DNA from: an uncultured bacterium
Lineage (GTDB): Bacteria; Verrucomicrobiota; Verrucomicrobiia; Limisphaerales; UBA8199
NCBI GenBank assembly: GCA_963749495.1
Contig: CAVVMW010000021.1
Coordinates: 736,001 to 800,000 of the forward strand
Reading direction: 5' to 3'
DNA length: 64,000 nucleotides
Part shown: piece after piece, positions 49,816 through 60,490 of the stretch
Layout of the letters: each line of letters begins with the position of its first letter
Position numbering within the stretch: the stretch's first letter is position 1
The notes under the pieces: generated by a model
The model's input: only the letters and a program-made list of their open reading frames with translations
What the model was told of the DNA's origin: nothing
The model's database searches: none
Program-made: the position numbers and the translations under genes

Positions 49816-52069
49816 ATGAAACTGTCGCGCCGCTCCTTCCTCCAGCGGAGCATAACCGGTGCCGCCACCTTCGCGGTCGGGCGCGGACTGCCCGTCCTCG
49901 CAGCCGCCGGGTCCAAACCTTGGGAGTTTAAACCGGACCAGCATACCATTCCCGCGCCCGCCAATCCGGCAGACTGGCCTGCGTTCCGCGAGCAACTGCA
50001 ATCTTGGCGCGAGCAGACGAAGCAGCGGCTCAGCTACAGCGATGCGCTCTACCGGAAGCCGGAGTTCGCCTGGGCGGCTTCGTCGTTTGCCTGCTGCTTC
50101 CTGATGATGTGCGACGAGACGTTCTACGATCCGCGCTCGGGCGCCTGCACGGTGGAGGCGTTCCTCGACCACGGCCGGCACGAGTTTGGCGGCTACGACA
50201 GCCTCGTGTTGTGGCACGCCTATCCGCGGATTGGCGTGGACGCCCGCAACCAATTCGATTTCTACCGCGACATGCCGGGCGGCTGGAACGGCCTGCGTGA
50301 CCTCAGCCGCCGATGCCACCGGCGGAACGTGAAAGTTTTCATCGACTACAACCCGTGGGACACCGGCACGCGCCGGGAGCGGAAGAACGATCTGGAGACG
50401 CTCGCCGAACTGGTCGCCGCCATCGAGGCCGACGGCATCTTCCTGGACACGATGGACAAAGGCTCCGGCCAATTCCGGCCCGGCTCGACGCGGTACGGCC
50501 CGGTGTGATTTTGGAAGGCGAAGGGGCGCTCCCGCTGGAGAACATTCACGATCATCATGCCTCCTGGGCGCAATGGTTCACCGACAGCGAAGCGCCTGGC
50601 GTGCTGCGGAACAAATGGTTCGAGCGCCGCCATATCCAGCATCAGATCAAGCGCTGGGACTACGACCACACCGCCGAACTCCATGCCGCCTGGATGAACG
50701 GCTCCGGGATGATGGTGTGGGAGAATGTCTTCGGGGCGTGGGTCCCCTGGTGCCCGCGCGACCGCTCGATCCTGCGCGCGATGCTGCCGATTCAGCGGCG
50801 CTATGCCGAGCTCTTTTCCGGTGAGAACTGGACGCCGCTGGTCCCCACCAGCCAGCCGGGCTCTTTGCCAGCCTTTGGGAAGGACATGGCCTGCGGCTGT
50901 GGACGTTGGTGAACCGCAGAAACGAACCGGTGTCAGGGCGGCTGTTCGAGATCGAAGCGCGACCGGGCGAAGTGCTGGCGCACGGCCACTATGACCTGAT
51001 CAAAGGCGAGGAGCTTCGGCCGGAGGCGATCGAGGGTCCTTTGCGGATTGATGGCAGCCTCCCGGCGCGCGGTATCGGTTGCATCCTCGCCGGGAAGCCC
51101 GCTCAACTGGGCCGTGACTTTGGTTCTTTCTTGAAGCAGCAGCGCCAAACCAACGCCCGCGCTGACTTCGACGCGGCCACTCCTCATCGCCAAACGCGCC
51201 TTATTGCCGTGGCTCCAACAGCGCGAGCGAAGCAGGCGCCCGCAGGCATGGTGGAAATCCCTTCGGCCACGGTGGAGTTGGCCATCGAAATGCGCCAGCG
51301 CGAGTGCGGCTACTACGAATCCTCACCACCACGCGGGCACCGGCTCGCCGATTCCTACCCATTCAACACCGTGACGTTCCGCCGACGCGTCGAGTTCAAG
51401 CGTTTCGCCATCGACCTTACGCCGGTGACCAACGCGCAGTTCGCCCAGTTTCTGAAGGCGACGAAATGGAAACCGAGTGCTGGCGCACGGCCACCAAGCG
51501 AGAACTTCCTCAAACACTGGACCAGTGGCAAGCCGCCCGCCGGGCAGGAAGACCACCCGGTCGTGTATGTGGACTTGGACGACGCTCGCGCCTACGCCCG
51601 ATGGGCTGGCAAACGGCTGCCGACCGAGGAAGAGTGGCAATACGCCGCGCAAGGCGCCGATGGGCGCGCATATCCGTGGGGCAACGAAATGCAGCCCGGT
51701 TGCTGCAACGAGGGCAAATCCGGCGGGACCACGCCGGTCAAAGCGTTCCCCCTGGGCTGCTCGCCATTCGGTTGTTACGATCTCTGTGGCAACGTCTGGC
51801 AATGGACCGAAAGCGAGCGCAGGGACGGACGGACCCGTTTTTGCATCATCCGGGGCGGCTCATTCTTTTCCGCCCGCGGTTCCAATTGGTATGTGGACGG
51901 CGGCCCGCGCCCGGCGAACTTCGCGACCAAGTTCCTGTTGATGTGGCCCGGCTTGGACCGTTGCGCCACCATTGGCTTCCGGTGCGTCAAAGACTTGGAA
52001 TTTCAATCTCATACAGAATGGTTTCGCAGCACGCCAACAGGCCCTACTACAATGGCTCGCAACGCATGA
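49816..52069 (+). CDS. Tat-exported SUMF1/EgtB/PvdO (FGE-sulfatase) domain protein with N-terminal GH-like domain; frameshifts ~50475 and ~50865
   Basis: Tat 'SRRSFL'; 'ADGIFLDTM'; C-terminal 'PVTNAQFAQF', 'HPVVYV..DARAYARWAGKRLPTEEEWQYAA', 'DLCGNVWQWT', 'IGFRCV'. Confidence 0.8.
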
Positions 52070-55000
52070 ACACCAGGCCTCGTTTCGTGCATCCGGGGCA
52101 GCTTGTTATCCGGGTGCTCGCCGCACTGTGCATCCTTGGTCTTGTTTTCCCGCGGACAATCGCCGCAGTCCGGGAGGGCGCTCCGCCGGAGATCGCCCAC
52201 ATCTTTCCGGACTACCCCGGCCTCAGCCCCCAGATCATCACGGGCGAACACTTCGATCCGCTCCGCACCGAGGTGTGGGTTTGGGAACCGCCCTCCGGCG
52301 AGCGCCTCGTTCGCGAGACGGCGGCCCGACTGGGTGAGGCGTTGCCCGCGCTGCCCGCCCAGCCTCCGGAAGGCGCGCGGCGGGCCGACGCTCTGGATGT
52401 CGAGAACCAGGTCATCACGGCCTGGCTCAATGGCGCCGTCGCGTGGGTCAAGACTCCAGAGGGCTTCTCCCAGCCGCACTTGTTCAACGTGGCAAAACCT
52501 CTTTGGGTGAGCGAGGACGAGGCTGAGCCGGGCGCATTGGTTTACGTCTTCGGCTTTGGTCTGCGCCCCGAATACCGCCGCTCGAACCTCGTCCTGAAAC
52601 GCGGGACGACAGTCCTCTTCCCGCGCACCATCGTGGAAGCCCGCGCGTTGCGCACGGCTGACAAGCGGTTGGTGTATTTCGAGGTTCCAGCGGATGCTGT
52701 CCCGGGACACTACGAGGTGTTCTGTCATAATTCTTACGGCGGAACGTGGGGCTGGCAAAAGGCCGGCAACCTCGAAGTGGTTGCGCGGCCTGGGGTCGTA
52801 GCGCGGGTCTTCGACGTGCGCCAACAGGGCGCCAAAGGCGATGGGCTGGTGAACGACCGCCAGGCCATTGAGAGCGCAGTGGCGGCGGCGAAACAGGCCG
52901 GCGGCGGCATCGTGTTCTTCCCGCCCGGAACCTACACGACGGACGCCACCCTCGTGGTTCCTTCCGGGGTTCGTCTCCGCGGCGCGAGCCGGGACACCAG
53001 CGTTCTCCAGGGCACCGGGGATCCCGCCACGGCCAATCGGGTCGCCTGGTTCCATAGCCTGAAGCCGCCCACGGCCGTGGTGCGGCTGCGGAGCGATGCC
53101 GGCCTTGAATCACTTGCCGTGGAGGGCGCCACCTGGCAGGGAGTGGGCGGTTACGGTTTGGTGGAGGCTGTTCCCGAGGAGATGCCCTTCCCGGTGGGCG
53201 GCGAGGTCCGGAACGTCACGGTAGGCAACTGCCGCCTGCGCGCACTGGAGGAGGAGGTGCTGTCGCGCCGCCCGCTCTATCTGTGCGCGTTCCACGCGGG
53301 ACCCGGCGCGCAACGGGTCAAGCTGCTGAACAACGAGATTTTCGGTTCGGCTGGTTTTGGCATTGGCGGCGTGGGGCAAGCCGTGCGCACGGAGATCATC
53401 GGGAACGTCTTCCACGGCGGGGCGGTCAGCGATGTCGTCACGATCAGCGGCTCGTTTAGCCAAAGTTTGATTGACGCGAACATCCTCACCGACACGCCCG
53501 GGCGCATCTGCCTCGGCATGGGCCGGCACAACTACATTCGGTTCAACGAAATTCACCAGGCCTTTCGCGGCACCTGGGAGAACGCCGAGGAGATTTACCT
53601 GGTCCACGGCGGCGTTGAGGCGCCCAAGACCGTGAGTTTTGCCACCGGTGGTTCGGCCACCACGCTGGCGGACACTCGGCAACATTGGAGGCCCGGCTTC
53701 CATCGTGAGGCGACGGTGCTGGTCATCTCCGGGCGGGGCTTTGGCCAATACCGGCGGGTGGCCGACAATACCGCCGACACGCTCGCGGTGGATAAACCTT
53801 GGAACGTGGCGCCGGACGCAACCACCGAGTATGTCGTGGCGCCACAGTTCGTCGAGAACGCCTTTTTCGCGAACCTGAACAACACGCCCTGCCGCATGTC
53901 GCTCTGGCTGGATTGCATTGCCAACCAAGTCGAGATGCACCGAGACGAAAACGCGAAAGGCATAGATCTGTGGGGCGAAGACGCCAGCACGGTGGACGAG
54001 CATGGCGTCGGCAAGGGGCTGAGCAAATTCTTTCCCGCGTGGTACAACACTTTCGTGGATTGCTGGATGGACGGCTCTGCGCTCTGGCTCGGGACGCCCG
54101 GCGCTCATGCGAACAACGCGCATGTCGGCTATCCGAACTTCGGCAACTACGTCGTGCGCAACCGCATTCGCTCGCCGCACAGCTATCGCACCGGGTTCAA
54201 CTTCGTCCGGCCCCAGGCGGAAGCCGGCATCAGCGTGGGCGGCGGCCACGGGCGCGCCGGAACATCGCACACGATTGTCTCGGAAAACTTCCTCGCCTCC
54301 ACCTACAAGGGGATTAGCGTGGCCGACACGGCGCGCAAGACCTTCCTGTTGCAGAACGAATTCGACCACGTTGACGAGCCGATCAACGACCGGGGCGCGC
54401 GCACGGTCTTGCAGGGCAACACACGCAGCGGGCGGGGGCAAAAAGAGCCGGCGGACGCAACGCTGGCCGATGGCAGGAGCGAGCGCGATCTGCCCCCGTG
54501 GCAGCCCCGATCATGGACCGCAGATCCCGCCGAAGAGTTGCCGCCTTTGTTCGGTGACGTGCTGGCGTTGAAGGTCCTGGTCTCGCAACCGAGTGTGTGC
54601 TTCGCCTCGGAGGTGGACAGTGAGGCTCGGCAGGCCGAGTGCCAGGAGCACATGGGGCAGCTCTTTGAGGCCGTCAACGCTTACGAGTCGAAACACGGCC
54701 ACCTGCCTGAGGCAGCGTTCTATCCGCGGCATCCCAAGACGGACCCGGACAGCTTGCGCGTGCTCCTGGAGGGAAAGGACGACGCGATATTCACCTGCCC
54801 CACATGCGGTCCCGACCTGCAACGGTTGGGCTTGAACTACGTTTGGAACCAGAAGCTGAGCGGCCGGAAACTCTCGGAACTGAAGGCTCCTGCGAACACG
54901 TGGCTGCTGATGGACTTCGTGGGCACCCACGATTATATGGTGAACAATGCCTACTGCGGCCACCGGCGCGGCGTGAACATCCTCTATGCGGACGGCTCCG

Positions 55001-55080
55001 TGAAATGGAACCGGCCGTTCTCCACGGAAGCCTGGAATACGAACGCACCCCAAGCCTGGGTGCGCTGGGCCAGGGAGTGA
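52066..55080 (+). CDS. Secreted right-handed beta-helix (pectate_lyase_3/GH28-like) protein with C-terminal H-X9-DG pilin-like domain
   Basis: 'FDVRQQGAKGDGLVNDRQAIESAV..GGGIVFFPPGTY...LRGA'; tail 'CQEHMGQL..AVNAY...FTCP...NYVWN...HRRGVNILYADGSVKW'; start ATG 52066 overlaps upstream stop. Confidence 0.8.
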   Translation: MNTRPRFVHPGQLVIRVLAALCILGLVFPRTIAAVREGAPPEIAHIFPDYPGLSPQIITGEHFDPLRTEVWVWEPPSGERLVRETAARLGEALPALPAQPPEGARRADALDVENQVITAWLNGAVAWVKTPEGFSQPHLFNVAKPLWVSEDEAEPGALVYVFGFGLRPEYRRSNLVLKRGTTVLFPRTIVEARALRTADKRLVYFEVPADAVPGHYEVFCHNSYGGTWGWQKAGNLEVVARPGVVARVFDVRQQGAKGDGLVNDRQAIESAVAAAKQAGGGIVFFPPGTYTTDATLVVPSGVRLRGASRDTSVLQGTGDPATANRVAWFHSLKPPTAVVRLRSDAGLESLAVEGATWQGVGGYGLVEAVPEEMPFPVGGEVRNVTVGNCRLRALEEEVLSRRPLYLCAFHAGPGAQRVKLLNNEIFGSAGFGIGGVGQAVRTEIIGNVFHGGAVSDVVTISGSFSQSLIDANILTDTPGRICLGMGRHNYIRFNEIHQAFRGTWENAEEIYLVHGGVEAPKTVSFATGGSATTLADTRQHWRPGFHREATVLVISGRGFGQYRRVADNTADTLAVDKPWNVAPDATTEYVVAPQFVENAFFANLNNTPCRMSLWLDCIANQVEMHRDENAKGIDLWGEDASTVDEHGVGKGLSKFFPAWYNTFVDCWMDGSALWLGTPGAHANNAHVGYPNFGNYVVRNRIRSPHSYRTGFNFVRPQAEAGISVGGGHGRAGTSHTIVSENFLASTYKGISVADTARKTFLLQNEFDHVDEPINDRGARTVLQGNTRSGRGQKEPADATLADGRSERDLPPWQPRSWTADPAEELPPLFGDVLALKVLVSQPSVCFASEVDSEARQAECQEHMGQLFEAVNAYESKHGHLPEAAFYPRHPKTDPDSLRVLLEGKDDAIFTCPTCGPDLQRLGLNYVWNQKLSGRKLSELKAPANTWLLMDFVGTHDYMVNNAYCGHRRGVNILYADGSVKWNRPFSTEAWNTNAPQAWVRWARE

Positions 55081-55140
55081 ACGTTGCGCATACTGAGCCA
55101 CGCGGGTCCAGTTTGCAATCCCACAGGCCTGCTGCCTGGC

Positions 55141-55306
55141 GCATCCCGACACTGGCCCCGGAGTGCGCCCGTCCCCGGGCGCAGCAGCGACGGAGCGGGC
55201 AGGCGCGCTGGAATGTTTGACCGCTGCCCTGGCTCCGGACGTCGCTGCGCCCGGGGACGGGCGCACTCCGGTCTGGCCCCAGGCGGTGGGGGCGGTGTCG
55301 GGATGC
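55141..55306. repeat. Nested REP-like inverted repeats
   Basis: ccggagtgcgcccgtccccgggcgcagc (55158-55185) / gctgcgcccggggacgggcgcactccgg (55244-55271), outer gcatcccgacac / gtgtcgggatgc. Confidence 0.8.
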
Positions 55307-55451
55307 GCCCCCGCTGCCTGGCGAAAAGGATTGTCAAAAACAATTTAACCACGGATGCACACGGATAGACACGGATTGGGCCCTTATCTGTGCTTATCCC
55401 GTAAAGTAAAGGGGGCGGCCATTAGGGCAGCCCCGGAATTCTGAACGAAAT

Positions 55452-56033
55452 TCATGCTTCAGCCGACGCCGTAGTGTCATAGGCTCGTTCCAAGCGGCCT
55501 TTGAGCCGCTTCAGCCCGCGTCCGGCTGCGCTCTTGACCCGCCGGATGGCTTGCGTCACCCGCGACTCGTCCCCCCTACCCAACCGTTCGCTTACCCAGC
55601 GCCGACGCACCGTAGTGTGCTGGCACAACCACCACGCCAACACGTGTTGCTCCGGCGCTCCCTTGGGCCGGCCCACGACGTCCCTCTCCTCCAGCCCCAA
55701 CACCGCCAGGCCTCGCCGCAGCAAACGCCCGGCCTCCGCTTCCCCGTGCTCGCGCTTGGCCGCGCCGCTGTGTGAACCGCGTCGCGCCCTCCCTAACGGC
55801 CGGCCCACTAACTCCACCATCGGCTCCCGAAACTCAGGTCCGCCAAGATACCAGCCTCGCCGCAGGGCCTTCCACTCCTGCTCCAGTTGCTCGCGCCCCC
55901 GCTCCATTCCCAACTCCAGCACCCGCCCCTCCACATACGCCCGGTAGCCCGAGCGGTCTTCCCGCCCCAAACCGTGGCTGCCCAGCACCCGCTCCGTCAC
56001 CAGCCACCCCGGCCGCGGCGCCGACCCCTTCAC
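55452..56033 (-). pseudogene. REP-associated tyrosine transposase (RAYT-like) C-terminal fragment
   Basis: 'RPGWLVTERVLG..WKALRRGWYLGGPEFRE..HGEAEA..KGAPEQHVLAWWL..TTV..WVSERLG.G'. Confidence 0.75.
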
Positions 56034-56117
56034 GACCCCTTCACCGCATCAAGCCGACACTCTGGACGACGAACCAGGCCGGCTGACGGATACCTGTAAG
56101 CAACCGGGGTAGAAGAT

Positions 56118-57909
56118 TTACAGGAATGGAGGAATCTCGTCCCACGAGTTGATCAGGAAGCGGCCGTTGCCTCTCATTTTGGCGAGAGACTCGTCCCAAT
56201 GGAAACTGAAATGGCCGTTCATTCTTACGCTGTTGACCATGAGCGAGCCGCAGAAGTCTTGGTTGCTGTTTCCGCCGCCATTCATGGCAACGTCGGCGTT
56301 GGGAGCGACGAGAACGCCGGTAAACTCCCCGTTGCCATTCAACGTGAACGAGGTGACGGTAGGAGCGCACAAAACAATGAAGCTGCCGGGCATACCCGTT
56401 CGGGTTGAGGACCTGGTTGCCGCTGACGGTGACGGAGGTCCCGCCGGAATAGATCACGACGCCGGCACCCTGCGCGATGGTGAAGTTCTCACTCCCGCTG
56501 AGCCCGTTGGGCAGGATGAGACACGCATTGGGACCGGCTATGAGGGTCGAGCCGGACAAAGAGTATGCGTAATTCGTCGTGTTGGCGTAAATGACGTTAT
56601 CATAATAGTTGGTCGTATAGATGACGGTCGTCTGGCTCGTGTCGTAGGTGTACGTGGGGCACGGATAGGTATAGGTGAAAGCCGGGTAAGTGTAGGTCGT
56701 GCCGGTAATGAGGTTATAGGTGTAATCCTTAATCTTTTTGCTGCTGCCATTGTAATTTGTGGTGACGCCGCCAACGTAAGTTCCGGCTCCAGGATAGTCT
56801 GAGGTGGTCGTTGTCGTAGTCGTCAAGTTCGTAGTGGTTGCCGAGGGAACCGGGCTGGGCAAGCTGGACACGGTGTTGTAGGTCGTGTTGGTGATGAGGC
56901 TTGAGGGCAGCGGGCTGGGAATCGAAGACACGGTGGTATAGCTCTGGTTGGTTGCAACCCCGCCGGCGGGCGTCGGGCTGGGATAGTTGGCCGAGGTGAC
57001 AGCATTGGTGCTGAAGCTGTAGGTGGGGGTGACGACGGTGCCGCTGGGCGGCTGCAGGAGACCACTAATGCTGCGGAGAGTGGTGTCCGGGTAGGTGAAG
57101 TTTGCGTCCTGGACGATGTACCCCTTCGCGACGGCCGTGGCGACGTCGCCGACCTGGCTTCCGTGAGGCCCCACCCCGCCCTGGCTGCCGATCGAGACTG
57201 GCTGGTTAGGCCCGGTGTGGACTATTCCGTAGATGTTGGCGTTCTGCACTCCAATCGAGTCGGCAATACCGCCGTCGCTGGCGATGTCGCCATGGTCTCC
57301 GCTGTAGTTGCTCGAGTCGTAGCGGCAATTGGTGCTCTTGGCGGGATCGCTGGAGTCGTAGCTGTCGGTAAAAACGCCGTTGCCCTTCAGGTCAATGGAG
57401 TGTTTACACACAAAGGCGCAAGTGAACAGGTTGCTCTTGGAGCACCGAACCCGCACGGCGCGAGTCACGGTGGTGGTAGTGGTCTGGGGGACACCTGCGG
57501 CAGCGAAAAAGACTGGCCCCGCGTTGCGCGCCAAGATGGGCACGGTCACGGTCGCCTGCGCGCTGACCGTGGGGTTGCTGCTGTTCGACAGGTTGATCTG
57601 CACGGTGTAGCTGTTCCCATCTGCCAGTGTTTGGGTGCGGGTATAGACATTGCCGTTGGCGGTCCAGCCATTGCCCGTGACGTTGCCGCCGCTGCTGTTG
57701 AGCGCCTCCAGGCCATCTTCGACGCCGGCTTCAGCGATGGCGATGGCCATGTTCCAGGATTGAGAGCGGGTGCTGAGCATGCTTTGCTGCTGGATCAGCG
57801 ACAGGTAGGCCGCGATGCCGACCACGAGAAGGGCGCAGATGGCCATCACGACCAGCAGACTGCTGGCGAGCTGTTTGGTTCTTCGGGAGCGTTTGGTTTT
57901 CATATTCAT
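56118..57909 (-). CDS. PilX-like minor pilin with Thr/Ser-rich insert; frameshift near 56395
   Basis: Hydrophobic N-terminal helix, 'AIAIAEAGVEDGL', 'TDSYDSS', C-terminal 'LNGNGEFTGVLVAPNADV.MNGGG..FHWDESL..FLINSWDEI'. Confidence 0.75.
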
Positions 57910-58472
57910 TGATTTTGTTGTTTGCGGACGACGATCTGTGCGGTCTGGACCGCCTCGCTGTTGACGTTGGCGTTAGGGCAGACGTTCATTGAGGTCTTCC
58001 AGCTCAAGTTGATGGCTTTGACCGTTGTCTGCCACTGGTTCGAGGCCACCGGGAAGATGCCCCAGACAGCGTTGCTGGGGTTGCGCTGGCGGAGGTCGAA
58101 ATGGAGCAGGCAGCAATTGCTCAGGAGCACCTGGTGGCTGCCGTCGCTGGCGTCGCGCACCATTTGGAGGGTGTCGGGATTGAACGTGTAGATAACCGTC
58201 AATCCGCTTCCGTTCAGGATGCTGAGCGTCGGCGGGTTGGTGCTGAAGTTGGTCACTTGCTTGGCCTGACGGATCTCGGCGGTCAGTTGGTCCATCGCCT
58301 GCCGGTTGGCTTGGTCGAGAACCGCATAATTGGAGAGGGCGGCGAAGCTGCGGAGGCCGAAGCCAGAGAAGTTGACCACGGCCAGCGTGCAGATCGAGAA
58401 GACGCCCAGCGCCACCATCATCTCGACGAGGGTCCACGCGCGGTTGGCGCTGGGCATGGGCTTAAAAAGCAT
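57906..58472 (-). CDS. PilW-like prepilin-type protein
   Basis: 'RAWTLVEMMVALGVF...AMDQLTAEIRQA'; overlaps neighbours. Confidence 0.8.
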   Translation of the reverse strand: MLFKPMPSANRAWTLVEMMVALGVFSICTLAVVNFSGFGLRSFAALSNYAVLDQANRQAMDQLTAEIRQAKQVTNFSTNPPTLSILNGSGLTVIYTFNPDTLQMVRDASDGSHQVLLSNCCLLHFDLRQRNPSNAVWGIFPVASNQWQTTVKAINLSWKTSMNVCPNANVNSEAVQTAQIVVRKQQNQ

Positions 58473-58926
58473 AATTCTGGATTCCGTCCTTGGCGATCAG
58501 CGTGGCCAACGTGCGAGTGTGTGGAACTCTGTCGCCGGTGGTCCATTGGAGCGTGATGACAAGCTGCTTGACATTGGTGGTGTAGTCAGCCGCGCCGCCA
58601 GGGTAAGGCATGATGGTGAGCGTGCCGTTGTACGTGGTCCCCTGCGAGTCGGTTGACTGTGGATTATAGACATCGGTGAACGTGGCGGGAATAAATCCGG
58701 GTGTGTTGACCTGATCCCATGTGTAGAGCCGGAGGATTTCCGCTTTTTCGAGGACGATTTGGGTTGCTCGCTGGTTTTCGCGGACTATCTGGGTAACGAA
58801 GAAGGCATAGCTGACGCAACCCATCACACCCGCGACCGTGGTGAGGAGGATGGCGGTAGCCACAACGAGTTCGACAAGCGTAAGGCCGTGCGATTTCCTA
58901 CCGCACCGTGTCTTCATAACTGTCAT
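58462..58926 (-). CDS. PilV-like prepilin-type protein
   Basis: 'HGLTLVELVVA...RENQRATQIVLEKAEILRLYTWDQ...TLIAKDGIQNY'. Confidence 0.8.
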   Translation of the reverse strand: MTVMKTRCGRKSHGLTLVELVVATAILLTTVAGVMGCVSYAFFVTQIVRENQRATQIVLEKAEILRLYTWDQVNTPGFIPATFTDVYNPQSTDSQGTTYNGTLTIMPYPGGAADYTTNVKQLVITLQWTTGDRVPHTRTLATLIAKDGIQNYAF

Positions 58927-59515
58927 AAGTGTCTCGTGATGTCCAGATTGTGGACAGTGTGTACAGCAGACAACCACCGAGCAGGCTGCCTGGAACTGCG
59001 CCTCAACGCGTTGTCCAGCCAAGCAGGAGCCCTCTGCCTTGATTTTTCCGGCGATTCCAGCCAGAATGGCTGCCTGCTCTTATCAGTTGCTGCCTGAGCG
59101 TCATCCACTTCAATCGCTCACGCAACGGGTCTTAGCATACTCCGGGCCAGCTCTTTTCGGGCGGGCGCTGGTGGAGTTGGAATCTGACGAGTCCTTGGGA
59201 TGGATTCACCGGGCATACGGCCTGCGCCGGGCGCCCGGGGGCGCAAAAAGCCCAAATTGTTTGCTGATCTGGGGAGTCGCGCTTATGCTTGGGCCTCAGG
59301 ATGAACGAGCCACCGCGATCGGATTCCAAGCTTTGCCCAGTTTGCAACGCCAAGATTCCATTTTCGCTGGCGATGCACTTGGTCGCGGCACATTTTCCAA
59401 ACGCCATAGAAAACAGCGCGCAGACCCCTGATGTGACCTTCCAGCAAGCCCAGGCTTCAGCTCATCGAGAATCGCACTCAGAATTTCCATCAGGTTCGAA
59501 CAGGCGAAAAGAAGA

Positions 59516-59936
59516 GGGTCGGTCCCGGAATTCTGAACGACATTCATGCTTCAGCCGATGCCCAAGTCTCATAGGCTCCTTCCAACCGGCCTCTGAGCCG
59601 CTTCACCCCCAGTTCGGCTGGCCTCTTAAAGGTAAACCGATTCATGCCCACCACCAGGCTGGGCCCCGGCGTCTCCAGCAGCAGGTGATAGTGATTGCCC
59701 ATCATGACCCAGGCATGGATGCGCCAGCCGGTCTTTGCGCAGGGCTCGGCCGCCGTCTCCAGCCACAGCTTGCCGTCGCGGTCGTCGCCGCAAATGGCCC
59801 GCCCCTGGTTGCCCCGCGCCATCACGTGATAGGTGGCGCTGGCATACTCGATGCGTACCTTCCGAGCCATAGGCACCCAGTTTCGCAGAACAGTCCATAG
59901 TTGTCGATGAACTATTCTGAATTCCGGGACCGACCC
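59516..59936 (-). mobile_element. Internally deleted RAYT-like element bounded by 18-bp inverted repeats
   Basis: gggtcggtcccggaattc / gaattccgggaccgaccc; ORF 'MARKVRIEYASATYHVMARGNQ..HAWVMMGNHYHLLLETP' fused directly to the C-terminal tail shared with 55452. Confidence 0.8.
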
Positions 59937-60490
59937 CTTCGACGAAATGCAACTAAGCCTGCTCATTGAACGCATCAGAATTGAATTGATGATTAAACGA
60001 ATAGAATGGGAAAGACGACACTATTTATAGAATATGATTACAACGATCCAAACAAATACATTTCAACCGTTCTCTAACATTTCATCTGGCGGTGGTTCAC
60101 TTACAACAAACACAAGCTTTGCGCTCTTTTCCAACTTCGCCCTTGCTAATGGCCTGAATGTTGTACCACATTCTCATTCCAGTTCAGCGGTAAACGCTAG
60201 CACTTGGCAGGACTACGCAGTTCAATGCGGAATGACCGGCAGCGGGACAAGCTCATTCTCTCTGTCGTCAAGTGTTGATACCGTGAATTAGCAGCCAGAG
60301 CATTCCGCCGTTCTCAATTCGCTTAGTTCATCGGTGTTTAGGACCACAGGCCGCAGAGGATATTTCAACGCTGCCTTTGTCGGCAGTGGTACTGCAACTG
60401 GGTCAATGTATTGTCTCGCTGGCGTCTAAAAAGAGACGAATGGCCTGAGCGGTGCTCCTGGACGATACGTATTACAATCCATGCCGCGTG

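Noticed and set aside
51304..52065. N-terminal 254 aa of the 1258-aa ORF
   Set aside because: Shadow frame over the FGE-domain gene; real start is ATG 52066 with a signal peptide
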